Made by a program: the position numbers and the translations under genes
NCBI GenBank assembly: GCA_021778805.1
Contig: JAJYBV010000009.1
Coordinates: 1 to 52,349, forward strand
Source of the DNA: Chloroflexota bacterium
GTDB lineage: Bacteria > Chloroflexota > Ktedonobacteria > Ktedonobacterales > JACDGC01
Length of the DNA: 52,349 nucleotides
Direction: 5' to 3'
In this document: piece by piece, positions 48,039 through 52,349 of the stretch
Layout: every line of letters begins with the position of its first letter
Numbering within the stretch: the first letter of the stretch is position 1
Notes under the pieces: generated by a model
Database searches by the model: none
The model's input: only the letters and a program-made list of their open reading frames with translations
What the model was told of the DNA's origin: nothing

Positions 48039-49640
48039 TTAGTCAAATTGAACTGGCAGCAGTATCGGAGCCAATGCATTCTCTATCCGCGGCAACCCTA
48101 TTGAAAACACCGAGCCTCTGCCAAGTTCGCTTTCTACCCAAATTTTACCGCCATGCGCTTTAACAATCGCGTTGCAAATAAATAAGCCTAAACCTGCGCC
48201 TTGTGTTTTTCGGGTTAAATCGTTATCCGCGCGATAAAATCGCTCAAATATCCGTTCTTGTTCGGTTTCTGATATCCCCGATCCTTTATCAATAACACTA
48301 ATTATTACACTGTCACTTGTAAATTTTCCTTCAATAATTATTGCGGCAGATTTATCGGAATGCTTATGCGCATTGTCAATAAAATTTGTTACAACCTCTT
48401 CAATCAACGTGTCGTCAGCGTATATTGGCGGAATATTTTTGGGTATGCGTGTTACTATTTTACGTTCCGGTTCGCGCGCGTTAAATCTTCTGGCGCAAGT
48501 GAGAATAATAGTTTCAGGTTGTATCTGCTGCAGATTCATAGAAATCTTGCCGGCTTGTATGCGTGAGGCATATAAAATATTTTTAATAATATGACTTAAT
48601 CGATCCGCCTCTTCATCGATTGCGCGCATGCGTTCGCTGATTGTATCTGCGTCCCATTGTGCATGCAGCTGCGCAAATGTTGAGGCGTATCCCTTAATAA
48701 TAGCTATGGGAGTTTGCAGCTCGTGCGATACGATAGAAATTAAAGTCGATGTCAGAATTTCATGCTCTTTTTGCCGGGCAATATCTCGCACATTCATAAC
48801 CGCGCTTACCGGAAGGCCTTCATCTGAGATTACAGCCGAAGCCGTAATCGATACCGTTAATTTCGAGCCATCGCGAGTATAGATATATATTTCGCGCGCC
48901 TGTATTACATCTCTGGTTGCCAGCGCTTCCATCAACGGGCACCTTTCCAGTCCAAGGGCATGCCCGCTCATATCTTCCGGCCGCAAAATATCATAATAAA
49001 AACGTCCGGTTATTTCTTCAGCCTGACGATGGATCATCAATTCCATTGCGGGGTTGCATCCGGTTATGCGTAAATCGGCGTCTACCGTTAAAATACCATC
49101 TCCGCTATACAAATAAGTCATTCGAAATTGGTCACGCTGCTCGCGAAGATCTCTGTTTTGCAGCGCAACAGCAACCGTCGCCGAAAGTGATCCCAAAAAC
49201 GCTGCTGAAGATGCGGCGCGATTTAATGGAAACTCGCGCAATGCGCCAGAAGGACCCAACACCGCCAATGCACCAATATTTTTGTCATCATACACCAAAT
49301 TCAACGCAATCACTTCTTCATCGTTTGGACCGGCAGTTAAAGCAATCGACTGCGGCCATTGCTCCGGCGGAATATCTTTGGCCAGTACGGAAGAATCGAC
49401 AAAATTCAGCGCCGGCGCCAGCCATTGAGTAAATTTTTTCGTGTCGGCCAGCGCCATACCTCGGCATGTTACCAATCCGTTTGGCGCGCCGGGCTGCGGA
49501 ACCAAAATTAATGCGCACGCCTGCCGTTGCAGCGTTAATAAGGCGGCGTCCATTGCAGCGTCAAGCGGATCTTTTTTAAGATAGCCGCTGCGAGTTTGAT
49601 TTTTACGTGGCGTATTCTGAGATACAGAGTGATTGCTCAC
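48039..49640 (-). CDS. Cytoplasmic sensor histidine kinase with GAF and PAS domains, HisKA and HATPase_c.
   Basis: The H-box is S-H-E-L-Q-T-P-I-A. The G2 box is G-A-G-L-G-L-F-I-C-N-A-I-V-K-A-H-G-G-K-I-W-V-E-S. No TM segments are present. Confidence 0.8.
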   Translation of the reverse strand: MSNHSVSQNTPRKNQTRSGYLKKDPLDAAMDAALLTLQRQACALILVPQPGAPNGLVTCRGMALADTKKFTQWLAPALNFVDSSVLAKDIPPEQWPQSIALTAGPNDEEVIALNLVYDDKNIGALAVLGPSGALREFPLNRAASSAAFLGSLSATVAVALQNRDLREQRDQFRMTYLYSGDGILTVDADLRITGCNPAMELMIHRQAEEITGRFYYDILRPEDMSGHALGLERCPLMEALATRDVIQAREIYIYTRDGSKLTVSITASAVISDEGLPVSAVMNVRDIARQKEHEILTSTLISIVSHELQTPIAIIKGYASTFAQLHAQWDADTISERMRAIDEEADRLSHIIKNILYASRIQAGKISMNLQQIQPETIILTCARRFNAREPERKIVTRIPKNIPPIYADDTLIEEVVTNFIDNAHKHSDKSAAIIIEGKFTSDSVIISVIDKGSGISETEQERIFERFYRADNDLTRKTQGAGLGLFICNAIVKAHGGKIWVESELGRGSVFSIGLPRIENALAPILLPVQFD

Positions 49641-49742
49641 AAAAATAAGACCTCATCCATAATTAAAGATACCTTCGGCGCCATGCTCACCTGCGCCGAT
49701 GCTCATTATATTTTACCAAAATAACTCTGCGCCATGCGTATG

Positions 49743-50594
49743 TTATGGCGCGCGGCGTATAATGCGTGTTCCCACCGGTTCATCGCCGTCGTGGTCTGCA
49801 AAAGCGCGCAGCACAATCCCCGGATGAGAGCCTTCAATAATATGCACCGCTGCAACGTCATCCAGCGCCGCCAAGCAAGCCTCAATTTTCGGCGCCATAC
49901 CGCCGGATATAACTCCTTGCGCAAGCAATTCCCGCGCATGTTCCTCAGTTAAAATCGGAATGAGCGATTTACCTGCGCTATACACACCGGAAACATTACT
50001 TAAAAATACCAAATTTTCAGCGCGCAGCGCACGGGCAATGCAGTTGGCGGCGTCATCGGCGTTAACATTCAGGCATTCGTCATCGGGGCCAAGGCACAGC
50101 GGCGCAATAACCGGCAGAAATCCTGCTGAAAGCAGAGTTTCAAGTAAATCTCCGTCCGCTAATTCCGCCAAACCCACCAAGCCAAGCTCGGGATTGGCGC
50201 GTTTAGCGCGGATCATGCCGCCATCCATGCCGCACAAACCCACAGCGCGCACGCCAAATGTTTGCAGCGCCCTGACGATTTCACTGTTAATTTTGCCGAT
50301 TAATACCGAGCGAACAATTTCCAATGTGGCGGCGTCGGTAACTCGCCGGCCATTAATAAATACAGGGGTAACTCCCATGCGGCGCATCCATACATCAATA
50401 ACCGGACCGCCGCCATGCACAAGCGCTATGCGTCGACCCGATTTCCATAGTTCACTGATTTCTTCAAGTATGGCTATCGAATCATCCAAAACGCTTCCAC
50501 CGATTTTAATGACATCTGCTGCATGTCGGATATTCACAGTCTGCCCATCCATCGGAAGCGCATAGCTTTTCGTCATATTAGCTTTCATGGCCAT
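49743..50594 (-). CDS. argB: Acetylglutamate kinase.
   Basis: AAK-family motifs include VIKIGGS, the GGGP region and MAPKIEA. The gene overlaps the argC stop by 10 nt. Confidence 0.85.
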   Translation of the reverse strand: MAMKANMTKSYALPMDGQTVNIRHAADVIKIGGSVLDDSIAILEEISELWKSGRRIALVHGGGPVIDVWMRRMGVTPVFINGRRVTDAATLEIVRSVLIGKINSEIVRALQTFGVRAVGLCGMDGGMIRAKRANPELGLVGLAELADGDLLETLLSAGFLPVIAPLCLGPDDECLNVNADDAANCIARALRAENLVFLSNVSGVYSAGKSLIPILTEEHARELLAQGVISGGMAPKIEACLAALDDVAAVHIIEGSHPGIVLRAFADHDGDEPVGTRIIRRAP

Positions 50595-51628
50595 ACCCCC
50601 GCAAATTCTAATCCTGCTGTTTCGGGCAGTTGATACATAATATTGGCGTTCTGCGCCGCTTGGCCGGCTCCGCCTTTCATTAAATTATCAATTGCGCTGA
50701 TAAGAATTAAACGTCTGCTGCCGGGCTGAACAGCGCAATATATAAAGCACATATTGCTGCCGCGCGCCCAGCTTGTTTCTGGCGGCGCATCAGTTAATAC
50801 AACAAATGGCTCGGTGGCGTATGCTTGCTGCAAAGCATTTTTCACGTCGATTAGCGTAGCAGAACTTTGCAAAGTTGCATAACACGTAGTTAAAATGCCC
50901 CTATTCATTGGGACAAGATGCGGCACAAAGGTAATTTTAGGAGCCGAATATTCCGGCGCTATTTTTTGCAGTGTCCCTTCCATTTCGGGCAAATGCCTGT
51001 GCCCGGTTACCGCATACGCTGTTACAGATTCTGCGTCTTCCACAAAATGCGCGCGCATTGTTGGGGACCTTCCGGCGCCGCTTACACCGGTAAGCGAGCT
51101 AACAATAATGTCATTTTCAACAAGCTGTTTTTGCCAGATTGGCGCCAGCGCTAAAATAGCTCCGGTAGGAAAACATCCGGGATTTGCGGTTAATTTTGTT
51201 TCGCGGATTTCTTGGCGAAACCATTCCGGCAAGCCATATACCGCCTGCGGCAATAATTCCGGAAACGGGTGCGGACGCCCATACCAACGTTCATATTCTT
51301 GCGGGTTACGAAAACGAAAATCTGCGGAAATATCAATTACGGAACGGCCCTGTGCGCGATAACGAGAAGCAAGCTCTGCAGCCGGACCATGCGGAACAGC
51401 TAAAAAAACTATTTCTGCGTCTTGCGCATCTTCCCGTATCATTAATTTGCCGGCGTCGGTTGAAGCTAAACTGGGCAATGCGCTGCTTAACCTGGTTCCC
51501 AATAAAGACCGCGATACAACTTCGGTGATTTGGAAATTAGGGTGATGCGCAAGGATTCTTGCAACACCAGCGCCTTCATATCCGGTTACACCAACGATAG
51601 CGGCAGAAATTTTGCCTGATGAATTCAT
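50585..51628 (-). CDS. argC: N-acetyl-gamma-glutamyl-phosphate reductase.
   Basis: The N-terminal Rossmann motif is A-I-V-G-V-T-G-Y-E-G. The catalytic Cys motif reads P-G-C-F-P-T-G. The gene lies upstream of argB. Confidence 0.85.
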   Translation of the reverse strand: MNSSGKISAAIVGVTGYEGAGVARILAHHPNFQITEVVSRSLLGTRLSSALPSLASTDAGKLMIREDAQDAEIVFLAVPHGPAAELASRYRAQGRSVIDISADFRFRNPQEYERWYGRPHPFPELLPQAVYGLPEWFRQEIRETKLTANPGCFPTGAILALAPIWQKQLVENDIIVSSLTGVSGAGRSPTMRAHFVEDAESVTAYAVTGHRHLPEMEGTLQKIAPEYSAPKITFVPHLVPMNRGILTTCYATLQSSATLIDVKNALQQAYATEPFVVLTDAPPETSWARGSNMCFIYCAVQPGSRRLILISAIDNLMKGGAGQAAQNANIMYQLPETAGLEFAGVWP

Positions 51629-52214
51629 TTTCGTAAACCACCTGTAGTCTTTTGATAAACGAATGAGGCGTATGTTTCAGAAAATATGCGCCTCGAAATG
51701 CGCGTGAAGAGGGTGTGTTTTCTTATTCTTTAACTGAAACGATGCAGAAAATATCTTCACGTTTCCAACGGCAATGGTGGAGTGCGCCTGAAGGATCATC
51801 ATTGATTTAGGACTGAGTATATCACATTACAACTGATTTGTGCGCATTTTAGGCGCAAATATTATGTCTTTTTGCAATAGTTAGGAAAATACTGCCAATA
51901 ACGCGGATAAATTTTTCTGCTCATCCATTATTTGGTTTGGGGGGCATTGTGCTTCAGGATGAAATCATTTTCTATGACTTTTTCTAGCAGACTATATAGC
52001 GTTTGTATTTTATTTTGTTTCGTGATATGATAGCAGTATGAGACATAACGTTTTTATGTTTTGCCGCAGAGAGCCATAGTTTTGGTGAAATATGGCGCAT
52101 TCAGCAAACGTTTCCACTCAAGCACACTCCGCGTAACCGGTATTTTTCGGCAGAAGCGGATGCGGCGCGCAACCGTTATCTGCGCATTAACGAGAGGCCT
52201 TGCGCGCCATAAAC

Positions 52215-52349
52215 AATATAACAGTGAACAACCACTGAGCTGAAGACTCAGTGGCTTCGGCCACGAAAGTCCAGGCCCAGTCCCGCAAGGGCACGTTCAC
52301 CAGACTCGGTCAGGAGAAATCCTGGTTCCGTTCGGAAGGTCATGACACC
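52215..52349 (+). ncRNA. Candidate structured regulatory RNA, possibly a cobalamin-riboswitch-like element, truncated by the window end.
   Basis: This is a GC-rich, hairpin-dense segment. It opens with a perfect 8-bp hairpin, ccactgag/ctcagtgg. A GGCC-acGAAAGUCCa-GGCC hairpin resembles the P4 'GGUGnAAnUCC' loop. CAGUCCCGCAA resembles the conserved CUGUCCCGCAAC junction. GGUCAGGAGAAAUCCUGG resembles the 3' B12 box AGYCAGGAGACCUGCC. These lie directly upstream of GGAAGG-tc-ATG at 52341. The canonical AGGGAA and GCCACUG...GGGAAGG middle region was not found. Confidence 0.3.

Noticed and set aside
49960-50565. 201-aa plus-strand ORF antisense to argB. The same goes for 13955..14491, antisense to pheT, and 36669..37070, antisense to the crp-like gene.
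   Set aside because: Each sits antisense within a confidently identified conserved gene and has arginine- or serine-rich low-complexity composition.
52237-52349. RNase P RNA or SRP (4.5S) RNA identity for the terminal structured segment.
   Set aside because: GAAAGUCC following a hairpin recalls the RNase P P3/P4 region. However, the upstream sequence is AT-rich with no P1/P2, and 10 nt separate the hairpin from GAAAGUCC. The downstream sequence does not match GGGCUCCAUAGGGCAG. The SRP domain IV motif GGAAGCAGC is also absent.

Overview
This looks like a 52-kb chromosomal segment of a roughly 50 % GC bacterium, containing about 39 protein-coding genes. Most are housekeeping genes. The FHA/SEDS cell-wall module, T-box control and SpoIIIAA/ycf45-like ATPase are compatible with a Chloroflexota-like or Gram-positive-like lineage, but that is inference only.

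The housekeeping genes are:
- A T-box-controlled pheS-hom-pheT operon.
- ribF, fhaA, fhaB and rodA, followed by a GlsB-family small membrane protein.
- Divergently oriented argC and argB at the end of the window.
- A quinone oxidoreductase, an aldehyde dehydrogenase, a Crp/Fnr regulator, a SpoIIIAA/ycf45-like ATPase, an MCP, two sensor kinases and two glycosyltransferases.
- A second FtsW/RodA-family (SEDS) gene at 34251..35534.

Three things stand out:
1. A compact four-gene cluster (2462-7210) encodes a group-4 energy-converting hydrogenase-like module. The large subunit keeps all four Ni-Fe cysteines. The small subunit has atypical Fe-S ligands. NuoC-like and NuoI-like partners are absent, and the polytopic membrane subunit carries a long disordered acidic/lysine-rich tail.
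2. An operon on the minus strand (24392-29875) has a Tad-like core without pilus structural genes. It encodes an SPFH-domain membrane protein, a MinD/CpaE-like protein with a degenerate P-loop, an atypical receiver plus GspE_N-like regulator, and a CpaF/TadA-type ATPase with a disordered N-terminal extension. It is bracketed by repeat elements.
3. A prolific family of GC-rich palindromic repeat units with the core GGGGACACCCC, occurring singly, in tandem arrays of 89-96 bp units, and inside MITE-like elements with terminal inverted repeats. Two roughly 650-bp, about 97 % identical composite copies lie in inverted orientation and flank the ribF-fhaAB-rodA block.

Smaller items are a 35-codon upstream ORF carrying four 14-bp tandem repeats ahead of a secreted papain-like peptidase, a candidate cobalamin-riboswitch-like element cut off by the window end, and strong sigma70-type promoters.

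No tRNA, rRNA or CRISPR array was recognised.
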